From: an uncultured Alphaproteobacteria bacterium
GTDB lineage: Bacteria; Pseudomonadota; Alphaproteobacteria; Rhizobiales; Xanthobacteraceae
Length of the DNA: 64,000 bases
Assembly (NCBI GenBank): GCA_963822795.1
Contig: CAWGJM010000045.1
Coordinates: 58,497 to 122,496, forward strand
Reading direction: 5' to 3'
Positions 7,704 through 16,724 of this stretch are shown here, piece after piece. Position numbers and translations under genes: made by a program. Numbering within the stretch: position 1 is the stretch's first letter; every line of letters begins with the position of its first letter. The notes beneath the pieces are model-generated. The model was not told where the DNA came from. It ran no database searches and saw nothing but the letters and a program-made list of their open reading frames with translations.

Positions 7704-10259
7704 CGCCGGCTGGAACAAGAGCACCGCCGCAAGTGTCGTGAGCAGCGACAGCGCCAGAAGCTTGCCCATGCTGGACGTTCCCGGATGACTTGACAGCCAC
7801 AGGCTGCCGAACGCGGTAGCCGTGGTCATCGCGCTGAAAAAAATCGCCCGGGTCAGGCTGGTCTGCAGCAGGTTGGTCCTGCCCGATCGCCACGCCGTGA
7901 CATAATAGATCTTGAAGGCGACGCCGACACCGAGCAGCAGCGGCAATGCGACGATGTTGGCGAAGTTGAGCGGCAGCTTAATCAGCACGCAGATTTCCAG
8001 CGTCACGGCGCCGGCGACCAGAAGCGGCACCAGCGTCATCAGCACGTCGGTGATCCGCCGCAGCGTGATCCACAGCAACAGGCCGATCACGACGAGTGCA
8101 TAGATGCCGGCATGGATGAAGGCGCTCACCACCGTATCGCCGGATTTGAGGATCGATACCGGCCCGCCGATCGCGGTCGGCTCGGCCGCCAGCACGGCGT
8201 TGGCGAACTTGCGCAGATTGTCGTTGTCGTTGGGATCGCCGCGCGGCAGCGCCTCGACCCGCATCAGGCCGTCCTTGGCCTTCCAGGAACCGACCAGGTC
8301 CGACGGCAGCGTGTTCAGGCTGACGGGCTGGGCCTCCAGCGATTTCCTGAGCTGATCCAGCACGATCTTCAAGGGATCGACGAAGATCGCCTGCGCCTTT
8401 TTGCGCGTCGCCTCGTTGGAGGCGGCAAGCTTTGCGAGCGCGTCCGCTAAACTCAGCGACGCCAAGGCGCCGGGGCCCTTGCCGTCGCCCGCGGTCCGGC
8501 GCAAGGCGTCGACCGAGCTCTTCAGGGAATTGACGTTTTCCTGATCCGACGGCGGCGCATCGATCGAATCCGGGCTGAGCGCGGGCCCGAGAACCTTGGC
8601 GGCCTTCTCGATCAGCTTCAGTTTCAGCGCCTGATCCTCGGGCACAAAACTGTCTAGCGACATGACGCGAAGAACTTCCGGTAGTTTGGTAAGTTTCTCC
8701 TCGATCTTCTTGGCGTCGGCTTCCGAATTGGTCATCACATCGATGGCGTTGGCGCCGGTATTCGGGTCTTTGCGCAGATCGAGGAAGGTGGCGATCAATT
8801 CGGCCTTCGGGTTGCGCAAGTTCATCGGGTTGAAGTCGAACTTCATGAAGTGGAGCAGCGGCAGGCCGGCGATCACAATCGCGAGCGTGCCGACGATGAT
8901 AGCGATGCGGTATTTCTCAAGGAAGTGATCGACGGGCGCGAGGAACGCGTAGCCGACCGGCTCCTTCTCGCCGGGTGGATTGAGCAGGCTCAGCATCGCC
9001 GGCAGCACCGTGATGCTGGTGGTGAACGCGACCAGCATGCCGGCGCCGGCGATCTCGCCCAGCTCGGAAATGCCCTTGTAGTCGGTCGGCAGGAAGCACA
9101 GGAAGCCGGCCGCGGTCGCCATCGCGGCGAGCGACAGCGGCACCGCCACGCGGCGCGCGGCTTCCGCCAGCGCGAGCTTCAGATCGTCGTTCTTGAAGCG
9201 CTCCGAGCGGTAGCGGACGCTGAACTGGATGCCGAAATCCACGCCCAGGCCTATGAACAGCACGGCAAACGCGATCGAGAGCAGGTTCAAGGAGCCCACC
9301 ATCATCAATCCGAGCGCGGTCGTGATCGACAGGCCGATGAAGAGGTTGACGAACACCGCGAAGATGATCTTCGCCGAATGCAGCGCAAGCCAGAGAATGA
9401 ACAGCACGACGATGACGGTGCCGATCCCGTTCATGATCACGCCGTCCTGCACGGTCGCGTATTCCTCGTTCGCGATCGGCACCGGTCCGGTCAGCCGGAC
9501 CCGCGCCTGATATTTGCCCGGAAAATCGAGCTCCGCTGCAGCCTGCCGGATGGCATCGGTCGCATCCTTGCCCGGCTCGAGCGCGTTGTAATCGAGGATC
9601 GGCTTGAACTCGATGAAGGCGCGCTTGTCGGAGTCCTCCATCGGCTTGTCGCTTGTCAACTCGCGCCAGGAGAAGGTGGCGCTGCCCTTGCTCAGGATGT
9701 CCTCAACCGTCTGTGCGATCATGTTGAACGGCCGCGCGGTGCTGTCGAGCTTGACCTCGCCGCGCTTGACGCCGGCAAGCCCGGTCTCCAGCGCGCCCGT
9801 CAGCCCGCGGATCGAGGGATCGCCGGCCATGATCTCGATCAAGGGTGCGGCGGACTCGAACTGGCCGGTGAGCTGGCCGAGCTCGGCTGGGGGAAGGAAC
9901 AACAGGCCGTTCTTTTCGAAGAATTCGCCGGAGCCGAGCGGCTGAAGCGATTGAAAATGCTTGGTATCCCCGTGCAACCTCTGTTCAAGCGCTGCTGCCG
10001 CCGCACCCGTCAGTTCCGGCGTCGGCGCCTCGACCACGGCTAGGATCGTCGAGTCGCGGTCGAAAGCCTTGTCGAATTGCTGGTCGCGCTGGCGCCAGTC
10101 GAGCTTGGACGAGATCAGCGTGTTGATGTCGGTATTGATGGCGAAATGATGTGCTGTGTAGAAACCAGCCGCTACCGCCAGGCCCAACGCGACGAGCAGG
10201 GTGACAATGGCGAACCGCGTACAGGCCCTCACGATCGAGACAACGATACTTGTCAGCAC
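7671..10259 (-). CDS. hpnN: RND-superfamily hopanoid transporter HpnN
   Basis: 862-aa 12-TM RND/MMPL architecture next to the hopanoid biosynthesis genes. The start is set at GTG 10257-10259 (MLTSIVVSIVRAC...), preceded by GAAGGAAAAG. The track ORF extends to 10454 with a non-protein-like N-terminus. Confidence 0.8.
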   Translation of the reverse strand: MLTSIVVSIVRACTRFAIVTLLVALGLAVAAGFYTAHHFAINTDINTLISSKLDWRQRDQQFDKAFDRDSTILAVVEAPTPELTGAAAAALEQRLHGDTKHFQSLQPLGSGEFFEKNGLLFLPPAELGQLTGQFESAAPLIEIMAGDPSIRGLTGALETGLAGVKRGEVKLDSTARPFNMIAQTVEDILSKGSATFSWRELTSDKPMEDSDKRAFIEFKPILDYNALEPGKDATDAIRQAAAELDFPGKYQARVRLTGPVPIANEEYATVQDGVIMNGIGTVIVVLFILWLALHSAKIIFAVFVNLFIGLSITTALGLMMVGSLNLLSIAFAVLFIGLGVDFGIQFSVRYRSERFKNDDLKLALAEAARRVAVPLSLAAMATAAGFLCFLPTDYKGISELGEIAGAGMLVAFTTSITVLPAMLSLLNPPGEKEPVGYAFLAPVDHFLEKYRIAIIVGTLAIVIAGLPLLHFMKFDFNPMNLRNPKAELIATFLDLRKDPNTGANAIDVMTNSEADAKKIEEKLTKLPEVLRVMSLDSFVPEDQALKLKLIEKAAKVLGPALSPDSIDAPPSDQENVNSLKSSVDALRRTAGDGKGPGALASLSLADALAKLAASNEATRKKAQAIFVDPLKIVLDQLRKSLEAQPVSLNTLPSDLVGSWKAKDGLMRVEALPRGDPNDNDNLRKFANAVLAAEPTAIGGPVSILKSGDTVVSAFIHAGIYALVVIGLLLWITLRRITDVLMTLVPLLVAGAVTLEICVLIKLPLNFANIVALPLLLGVGVAFKIYYVTAWRSGRTNLLQTSLTRAIFFSAMTTATAFGSLWLSSHPGTSSMGKLLALSLLTTLAAVLLFQPALMGKPRDVGE

Positions 10260-10289
10260 AACTTTTCCTTCTGATGTTAACGGCAGGCC

Positions 10290-10315
10290 GGAACTTGCCG
10301 GAAACGCTCGCCGTT
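10290..10315 (+). promoter_or_regulatory. Perfect match to the alphaproteobacterial general-stress (EcfG-type) promoter consensus GGAAC-N17-CGTT
   Basis: GGAAC at 10290-10294, a 17-nt spacer, then CGTT at 10312-10315, in the hpnN/ispH divergent intergenic region and pointing toward ispH-hpnH. Confidence 0.35.
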
Positions 10316-10592
10316 TACCTGAGTTCCCTGCGGGACCCAATGTTGATCTGGATAGTTTTATATCGGAAAACCCCGGGGCAATCGCAGGGAGTGGCTGATA
10401 TAGCCGGGATTGACCGGCCGTAAAGTGACGAACCGGTGAGGGTTTTGCGGCCACTTTACTTTGGAGTAGTATCTTGATACCGCAAACTCATTTGCAACAG
10501 GCTGATCATTTCTGATTTGGCCTCTTCTAGCTGATCAATTTTTGGCACAAAGTCCTGTTCCCCCGAGGGGAACGGGGGAACCCGCGGTGGTG

Positions 10593-10612
10593 CGGATATT
10601 GCGAGATATCCG
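10593..10612. promoter_or_regulatory. Inverted repeat CGGATAT-N6-ATATCCG upstream of ispH
   Basis: 7-bp perfect arms about 60 nt upstream of the ispH ATG. A second hairpin, GTTCCCC-CGA-GGGGAAC, lies at 10557-10573. Confidence 0.2.
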
Positions 10613-10669
10613 GAACCACGCTGGGGAAGACGAAAATGAGCGTGGTGCAACTTGGGTGATGGGCGTCCC

Positions 10670-11596
10670 ATGGAAGTATATCTGGCGCAGCCGCGCGGCT
10701 TTTGCGCGGGCGTGGTGCGCGCGATCGAGATCGTCGAGCGCGCGCTGGAGAAGTACGGGCCACCGGTCTACGTGCGTCACGAGATCGTGCACAACAAATA
10801 CGTGGTCGAGAGCCTGAAGAACAAGGGCGCGATCTTCGTCGAGGATCTGTCGGAAGTACCGCCGCTCGCGGTCACCGTGTTCTCGGCCCACGGCGTGGCG
10901 CGATCCGTGGAAGAGGAAGCGGCGGCCCGCGGCCTGCCGGTACTCAATGCCACCTGCCCGCTTGTGACCAAGGTCCACAATCAGGGCAAGCGCTACATGT
11001 CGAAAGGCCGGGCGCTGATCCTGATCGGGCATGCCGGGCACCCCGAGGTCGAGGGTACCATGGGGCAGGTCCCGGGCCCCGTGCTTCTAGTGCAGAATGT
11101 CGACGACGTCGCGGCGCTGACGCTGCCCGCGGAGACGCCGGTCGCCTACATCACCCAGACCACGCTCAGCGTGGATGATACCAAGGACATCATCGCCGCG
11201 CTGCAGCAGCGATTTACAGATATTCAAGGCCCGGACATCCGGGATATCTGCTATGCGACACAGAACCGCCAAACTGCGGTAAGGGACCTGAGCAAGCTAG
11301 TGGATGTTATCCTGGTGGTGGGCGCCGCCAACAGTTCCAACTCGAACCGGTTGCGCGAAATCGGCACCGAAGCCGGTGTTGCGAGTTATCTCATTGCCGA
11401 CGGCAGTGAGCTCAATCCCGAGTGGCTGAGGGACGCAAAGGCCGTCGGTATCACCGCCGGCGCCTCGGCGCCCGAGGTCCTGGTCGACGACGTAATCGAG
11501 GCGCTGCGGCGCATCGTGCCGGTCACGGTGTCGGTGCTTCCCGGCCGGGAAGAAAATATCGAATTCCGCCTTCCCGCCGAATTGGCGGCAGGCTGA
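10670..11596 (+). CDS. ispH: 4-hydroxy-3-methylbut-2-enyl diphosphate reductase (hopanoid-locus copy)
   Basis: [26 protein letters not shown]...[12 protein letters not shown] is the typical IspH/LytB N-terminus with the conserved Cys. Start taken at the ATG at 10670. Confidence 0.9.
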   Translation: MEVYLAQPRGFCAGVVRAIEIVERALEKYGPPVYVRHEIVHNKYVVESLKNKGAIFVEDLSEVPPLAVTVFSAHGVARSVEEEAAARGLPVLNATCPLVTKVHNQGKRYMSKGRALILIGHAGHPEVEGTMGQVPGPVLLVQNVDDVAALTLPAETPVAYITQTTLSVDDTKDIIAALQQRFTDIQGPDIRDICYATQNRQTAVRDLSKLVDVILVVGAANSSNSNRLREIGTEAGVASYLIADGSELNPEWLRDAKAVGITAGASAPEVLVDDVIEALRRIVPVTVSVLPGREENIEFRLPAELAAG

Positions 11597-11635
11597 CCAC
11601 CCACCCTAGAGCTAAATCCAGAAAGAAATCTCGCA

Positions 11636-12784
11636 ATGGCAATACCTTTCTTCAAGGAACTGAGCATTGGCGGCTACCTGATCAAGCAAAAACTGCTCGG
11701 CCGGAAACGCTATCCGCTGGTCCTGATGCTGGAGCCGTTGTTCCGCTGCAACCTTGCCTGCGTCGGCTGCGGCAAGATCGACTATCCCGACGCGATCCTG
11801 AATCGCCGCATGAGCGCGCAGGAATGCTGGGATGCTGCCGACGAATGCGGCGCGCCCATGGTTGCCATCCCCGGCGGCGAGCCGCTGATTTACAAGGAGA
11901 TCGGCGAGATCGTACGCGGCCTCGTGGCGCGCAAGAAATTCGTCTCGCTCTGCACCAACGCGCTGCTCTTGGAGAAGAAGCTCGATCTGTTCGAGCCCTC
12001 GCCCTATTTGTTCTTCTCGGTGCATCTGGACGGCCTCAAGGACCACCACGACAAGTCGGTGTCGCAGAAGGGCGTGTTCGACCGCGCGGTCTCCGCGATC
12101 AAGGCGGCGAAGGCCCGCGGCTTCACCGTCAACGTCAACGCCACCATCTTCGACGGCCATCCGGCCGAAGAAATTGCCAAATTCCTTGATTTCACCACCG
12201 AACTCGGCGTCGGCGTCTCGATGTCACCCGGCTATGCCTATGAGCGCGCGCCGGACCAGGATCACTTCCTCAACCGCACCAAGACCAAGAAGCTGTTCCG
12301 CGACGTCTTTGCGCTCGGCAAGGGCAAGAAGTGGAATTTCATGCATTCCGGCCTATTCCTCGACTTCCTGGCCGGCAACCAGAACTACGAGTGCACGCCC
12401 TGGGGCATGCCGGCACGCAACATCTTTGGCTGGCAGAAGCCCTGCTATCTCCTCGGCGAAGGCTATACCAAGACCTTCAAGGAGCTAATGGAGACCACCG
12501 ACTGGGATACCTACGGCACCGGCAAGTACGAGAAGTGCGCCGACTGCATGGCGCATTGCGGCTACGAACCCACCGCAGCGAACGCGTCGCTGAAGAACCC
12601 GCTGAAGGCCATGTGGGTGGCACTGCGCGGCATCCGTACCACGGGGCCGATGGCGCCGGAAATCGACCTCTCCAAGCAGCGCCCGGCACAGTACATCTTT
12701 TCAGAGCAGGTTCAGAAGAAGCTCTCAGATATCCGCCGGGACGAAGCCCTCGCTGCCCAGCAAAAAGCCTCGACAGCCGCGTAG
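11636..12784 (+). CDS. hpnH: Adenosyl-hopene transferase, radical SAM
   Basis: CxxxCxxC motif (RCNLACVGC) near the N-terminus, HpnH-like length and sequence, and location in the hopanoid locus. Confidence 0.9.
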   Translation: MAIPFFKELSIGGYLIKQKLLGRKRYPLVLMLEPLFRCNLACVGCGKIDYPDAILNRRMSAQECWDAADECGAPMVAIPGGEPLIYKEIGEIVRGLVARKKFVSLCTNALLLEKKLDLFEPSPYLFFSVHLDGLKDHHDKSVSQKGVFDRAVSAIKAAKARGFTVNVNATIFDGHPAEEIAKFLDFTTELGVGVSMSPGYAYERAPDQDHFLNRTKTKKLFRDVFALGKGKKWNFMHSGLFLDFLAGNQNYECTPWGMPARNIFGWQKPCYLLGEGYTKTFKELMETTDWDTYGTGKYEKCADCMAHCGYEPTAANASLKNPLKAMWVALRGIRTTGPMAPEIDLSKQRPAQYIFSEQVQKKLSDIRRDEALAAQQKASTAA

Positions 12785-13456
12785 GCTCTTCAGCGCGCGG
12801 TTGAAATCTATACCCGTCGAGACCAGCGCGCGGAGCGCACGCGGATTGCGTGCGACCCCGCGCAGAACCTTGCGCAGATCGATTTCACCGTTCGGCTTGA
12901 GCGCGTTGCGTGCGAGCGCTGGGAGCGCACGGTGGGCCGGGTCGCTGATGACCCGCAGCGCTGCAAACGGAAGGCCGGCTTCGTCCGCGTAGGCGGCGGC
13001 GATATGGCTCTCCATGTCGACGGCGGAAGCCCCGGTCTGAATCCACAGCGCGGCCTTTCTGGCTTGCGCGGCGACGACCTCTTCCGCGCCGGCAAGGCCG
13101 CCCCGGACCACCCGCCGTCGCCCCATCGCGACATTCGCGATCAGCTCTTCGTTCAGCGCAAGCCCGGCGAGCCAGCGGGCATCCCCCGCCACGACTTCCG
13201 TCGCCACCACGACGTCGCCAGATTTCAAGCTTGGATCAAGGCCGCCGGCGACACCGAAGCTGATGACGCCGCGGATCGTCGACGGATCGAACACCGTCAA
13301 CAGCGCGCGCAACTGCTGCGAATCGCTGGAACTGCAGATGACGGTCATACCCGGCCCGGCCGCGATGCGGGCCTCCTGTACCAAACCAGTCACAATCAAG
13401 ATCGGCCGCGGATCAATCCTGTCCGCGAACGCGTCATCCCCCGCCCCCAAATTCAC
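12725..13456 (-). CDS. hpnG: Hopanoid-associated phosphorylase/nucleosidase
   Basis: PNP/MTA-nucleosidase-like sequence (ILIVTGL..EA...ISFGVAGGL...VDMES). I set the start at GTG 13454-13456, which overlaps the shc TGA as GTGA. Confidence 0.8.
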   Translation of the reverse strand: MNLGAGDDAFADRIDPRPILIVTGLVQEARIAAGPGMTVICSSSDSQQLRALLTVFDPSTIRGVISFGVAGGLDPSLKSGDVVVATEVVAGDARWLAGLALNEELIANVAMGRRRVVRGGLAGAEEVVAAQARKAALWIQTGASAVDMESHIAAAYADEAGLPFAALRVISDPAHRALPALARNALKPNGEIDLRKVLRGVARNPRALRALVSTGIDFNRALKSLRGCRGFLLGSEGFVPADI

Positions 13457-15441
13457 ATTCCGACCCCTACCACCCTGCTGTTCGTGATGTTCAGATTGCG
13501 ATACCGCGCCAGCGCCCAAAGCGGAAAAAACTTAGAATATCCATGATAGCGCAGGTAAAACACCCGAGGAAAGCCTGTTGCCGTGTAACGCTGCTCGTCC
13601 CACAACCCTTTTTCGGACTGTGTTGCCTTTAGGTACTCCACCCCCCGGGCCACGGCCGGATGCCCGACCTCGCCCGCCGCCATCAAACCAAGCAAGGCCC
13701 ATGCCGTTTGCGAGGCGGTCGAAGGGGCTTGCTCCCAACCGCGATAATCGAGCCGGTAACTGGTTGCGTCCTCGCCCCAGCCCCCGTCGCCGTTCTGGAT
13801 CGACACCAGCCAATCCGCGGCCTTGCGCATCATCGGGTCCTGGTGGCTGATGCCGGCGGCGTTCAGCGCGCACAGCACCGACCAGGTGCCGTAAATGAAG
13901 TTCATGCCCCAGCGCCCGTACCACGAGCCCTCGGCATGCTGGGTCCGCCGCAGGTATTCAATGCCGGCCGCGACCGACTTGCTGTTCTCCGCGGTCTCGC
14001 CGAGTTGGGCCAGCATCGAGATGCAGCGGGCGGTGACATCCTCGGTCGGCGGATCGAGCAGCGCGCCATGGTCCGCGAACGGGATGTTGTTGAGGTAATA
14101 TTCGAGATTGTTGACATCGAAGGCAGCCCAGCCGCCGTCGCGGCTCTGCATGCCCGCAATCCACTCGCGGCCGCGCGCGATCGCGTCATCGTAGTCGCGG
14201 CTTCCATTCGCGCGCCGTATCCGGTCCATCGACATCACGACAACCGCGGTATCGTCGAGGTCCGGATAATAGTCGTTGTTGTACTGGAAGGCCCAGCCGC
14301 CGGGCCGCACTTGCGGCTGCTTCACGGCCCAATCGCCCTTGACGTTCAGAACCTGCCTCGGCAGCAGCCAGTCCAGCCCCTGCTTCGCGAAGGCCACAGC
14401 CTCCTCGCCGCCGGCCTCCAGCATGGCGTGACAGGTCAGCGTGGTGTCCCACACCGGCGAGACGCAGGGCTGGCAATAGGCCTCGTGCTCGCGGATCACC
14501 AGGAGCCTGTCGAGGGCGCGACGCGTGAAGGCGCGCGGCGGATAGTCCGCAGGCTTGCCCAGCGCGTCGTACATCATCACGACATTGGCCATCGGCGGAT
14601 AGATTGCGCCCATTCCGTCTTCGCCGTTCAGCCGTTCCTCGATGAAAGCAAGCGCGCTGGCGATCGCACGGTCGCGCAGCGTCTTCGGAAACAGCGGCTC
14701 GATCAGGCGCAAGATGTGGTCCAACGCGCGGAACAGAATAAACCAGCCCCAACTCTGATGCGGCGCTTTCGCGGTCATGCCGATGGAACGCGGGTCCTGC
14801 GGAAACAATTCGTCGACGCCGACGCCCAACGGATTCTTCGCGCGCGGCTTCAGCGCCGCAAGCACCATTAGCGGCACGATTGTGGTGCGCGCCCAGTACG
14901 AGATCCGGTTGAGGTGAAACGGCGACCACATCGGCAACAGCGTGATCTCGACCGGCAGCATCGGAACGCTGCGCCAGGTCATCACCCCAAACATCGCCAG
15001 CATAAAGCGGGTGAAAACGTTGCTGTGGATGGCGCCACCGCGCGAGCGGATCGCCTCGCGCGCGCGCGCCATGGGCGGACTGTCGACCGAATCGCCGATC
15101 ATCTTCAGCGCGAAATAGGATTTGACGCTGGCGCTCATGTCGAAATCGCCGTCATGGACCAGCGGCCAGCCGCCATGAGCGCCCTGGACCCGGCGCAGGT
15201 AAACGGCGATCTTGGCCTCCAGCTCAGCGTCGATCGGTTCGCCGAGATAGTGACGCAACAGCACATATTCCGCGGGAATGGTGCAGTCGGCTTCGAGCTC
15301 AAACACCCAATGTCCGTCCGGCTGCTGGCAGTCGCGCAGCGCGCGCCTCGCCTTGGCGATGCTCGCCTCCAGCGCGTCGGTGTTCTCGGTTGCGTTCTCG
15401 GTTGCGTTCTCGGTTTCTTGGGTCTTGTTGGCGGAAAGCAT
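13453..15441 (-). CDS. shc: Squalene-hopene cyclase
   Basis: Catalytic DxDDTA motif (YPDLDDTAVVVM) and repeated QW-type motifs (QxxDGGW/GSW) in a 662-aa protein. Confidence 0.95.
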   Translation of the reverse strand: MLSANKTQETENATENATENTDALEASIAKARRALRDCQQPDGHWVFELEADCTIPAEYVLLRHYLGEPIDAELEAKIAVYLRRVQGAHGGWPLVHDGDFDMSASVKSYFALKMIGDSVDSPPMARAREAIRSRGGAIHSNVFTRFMLAMFGVMTWRSVPMLPVEITLLPMWSPFHLNRISYWARTTIVPLMVLAALKPRAKNPLGVGVDELFPQDPRSIGMTAKAPHQSWGWFILFRALDHILRLIEPLFPKTLRDRAIASALAFIEERLNGEDGMGAIYPPMANVVMMYDALGKPADYPPRAFTRRALDRLLVIREHEAYCQPCVSPVWDTTLTCHAMLEAGGEEAVAFAKQGLDWLLPRQVLNVKGDWAVKQPQVRPGGWAFQYNNDYYPDLDDTAVVVMSMDRIRRANGSRDYDDAIARGREWIAGMQSRDGGWAAFDVNNLEYYLNNIPFADHGALLDPPTEDVTARCISMLAQLGETAENSKSVAAGIEYLRRTQHAEGSWYGRWGMNFIYGTWSVLCALNAAGISHQDPMMRKAADWLVSIQNGDGGWGEDATSYRLDYRGWEQAPSTASQTAWALLGLMAAGEVGHPAVARGVEYLKATQSEKGLWDEQRYTATGFPRVFYLRYHGYSKFFPLWALARYRNLNITNSRVVGVGM
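15382..15417 (-). repeat. 12-nt tandem repeat x3 in the shc 5' end (encodes ETENATENATEN)
   Basis: gttctcggttgc gttctcggttgc gttctcggtttc on the plus strand; the third unit has one mismatch. Confidence 0.9.
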
Positions 15442-15473
15442 TCTGCTCGACCCCCTCTCTGAAGGCTCTAGAT

Positions 15474-16724
15474 CTATCGCATGGCGAGGATCAGATCGGC
15501 GGCCTTGTTCCCCGACCGCACCGACCCCTCGATGGTGGCCGGTAACCCCGTATCAGTCCAGTCGCCCGCAAGAAACAGGTTTTTGAGCTGCGTGACCGCC
15601 CCCGGCCGCAGCGCGTTCTGCTCCGGCGTTGCCTCAAATGTGGCGCGGCGCTCGCGCACGATCTGCCAGAGCGGCAGCTCGCCCCCGACACCAGCGGCCT
15701 TGCAGATATCCCGCCAGATCGCCTCCGCCAATTCCTCGCGCGGCAGGTCCACCAGCCGGTCGCCGTTACTGATGGTAACCGATAGCCGCTGCGGGAACGC
15801 GAACAGCCACTCGACCAGTCCCCCGACGACGCCAATGATCGGCGGCATGTCGCGCGGCGGGTCGAAGCGGAAATGGGCGTTCACGATCGCCCGGAATTTG
15901 GTCGGCGTCTTCAGGTTCGGCACCAACGCTGCCGCGGGACGTGCCGGCACCGCCATGATGACTGCATCCTCCGAGCCGATCGGGATCACGTCGTCGGCAG
16001 CGAATTCCAAGCCATAGACACGCTCACCCGTCATCGCCAGTTCGCGCAACTCGTGGCCGAACGCGATGCTGGCGCCCTTCGCCTGCAACAACCGGATCGC
16101 GGGTTCGACCAGGACGGCGCTCAACCCGTCGCGCGCGATCAGCGGCCGGCAGGCCTGCCCCCCCGCCAACAGAGTTTCCCGCACCACCGCGCCGGCGAGC
16201 CCAGCCGACCCCTCGGGCGGATCGACATTCAGCGCCGCCAGCAACAACGGCTGCACCAGGCGATCGTAAAGCGTGCCGTCGCAGCGGATCGCGTCGCCGA
16301 CCAGCTTGCGCTTGCGCGCCCAAATCAGCGGCATCAATGCGAGATAATCGCGCAAGCTTGTGTCGGGTACGCGGCGGCCCTCGTCGAGCACCCAGAGCGG
16401 CAGCCGGCCGTCGCCGAGGTCGAGTAGCCAGCGCTGCCCGGTCGAAAGATCGACAAAGGGAAACTGCGCCTGCTTCGGCCCGACCAGTCCAGCCTCGGTG
16501 CCGATCGATCGTGCATAGGCCACCGCGTGACGGTTGCCCGAGAGCAAGAGATGGTTGCCGTTGTCGATGGTGAGATTGGTCGCGGCATCGAAATAGGAGC
16601 GGCAGCGGCCGCCCGCCTGCTGCGTCGCCTCGTGCAGACAGAGGCGGCAGCCCGCGTTCGCGAGCCGCACGGCTGCGGCAAGGCCCGAGATTCCGGCGCC
16701 AATGATATGGACGGTCTTTTGCAT
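15474..16724 (-). CDS. hpnE: Hydroxysqualene dehydroxylase (FAD-dependent amine-oxidase family)
   Basis: N-terminal Rossmann motif IIGAGISGLAAA. The start overlaps the hpnD stop (TGATG). Confidence 0.85.
   Translation of the reverse strand: MQKTVHIIGAGISGLAAAVRLANAGCRLCLHEATQQAGGRCRSYFDAATNLTIDNGNHLLLSGNRHAVAYARSIGTEAGLVGPKQAQFPFVDLSTGQRWLLDLGDGRLPLWVLDEGRRVPDTSLRDYLALMPLIWARKRKLVGDAIRCDGTLYDRLVQPLLLAALNVDPPEGSAGLAGAVVRETLLAGGQACRPLIARDGLSAVLVEPAIRLLQAKGASIAFGHELRELAMTGERVYGLEFAADDVIPIGSEDAVIMAVPARPAAALVPNLKTPTKFRAIVNAHFRFDPPRDMPPIIGVVGGLVEWLFAFPQRLSVTISNGDRLVDLPREELAEAIWRDICKAAGVGGELPLWQIVRERRATFEATPEQNALRPGAVTQLKNLFLAGDWTDTGLPATIEGSVRSGNKAADLILAMR

Noticed and set aside
8850-10043. Long antisense ORFs inside real genes. 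Examples: 8850-10043, 13660-14871, 20530-21966, 27337-28497, 46125-47489, 48155-49561, 53221-54315, 55077-56357.
   Set aside because: Their translations are Arg/Gly/Asp/His-rich and low in complexity, with no recognisable motifs. They lie opposite genes with clear family signatures. They are the usual stop-poor alternative frames of GC-rich DNA.
10260-10454. N-terminal 65-codon extension of the hpnN track ORF
   Set aside because: The extension is not protein-like. A GTG with a good SD starts exactly at the conserved MLTSIVVSIV N-terminus, and the extension would swallow the divergent promoter region.
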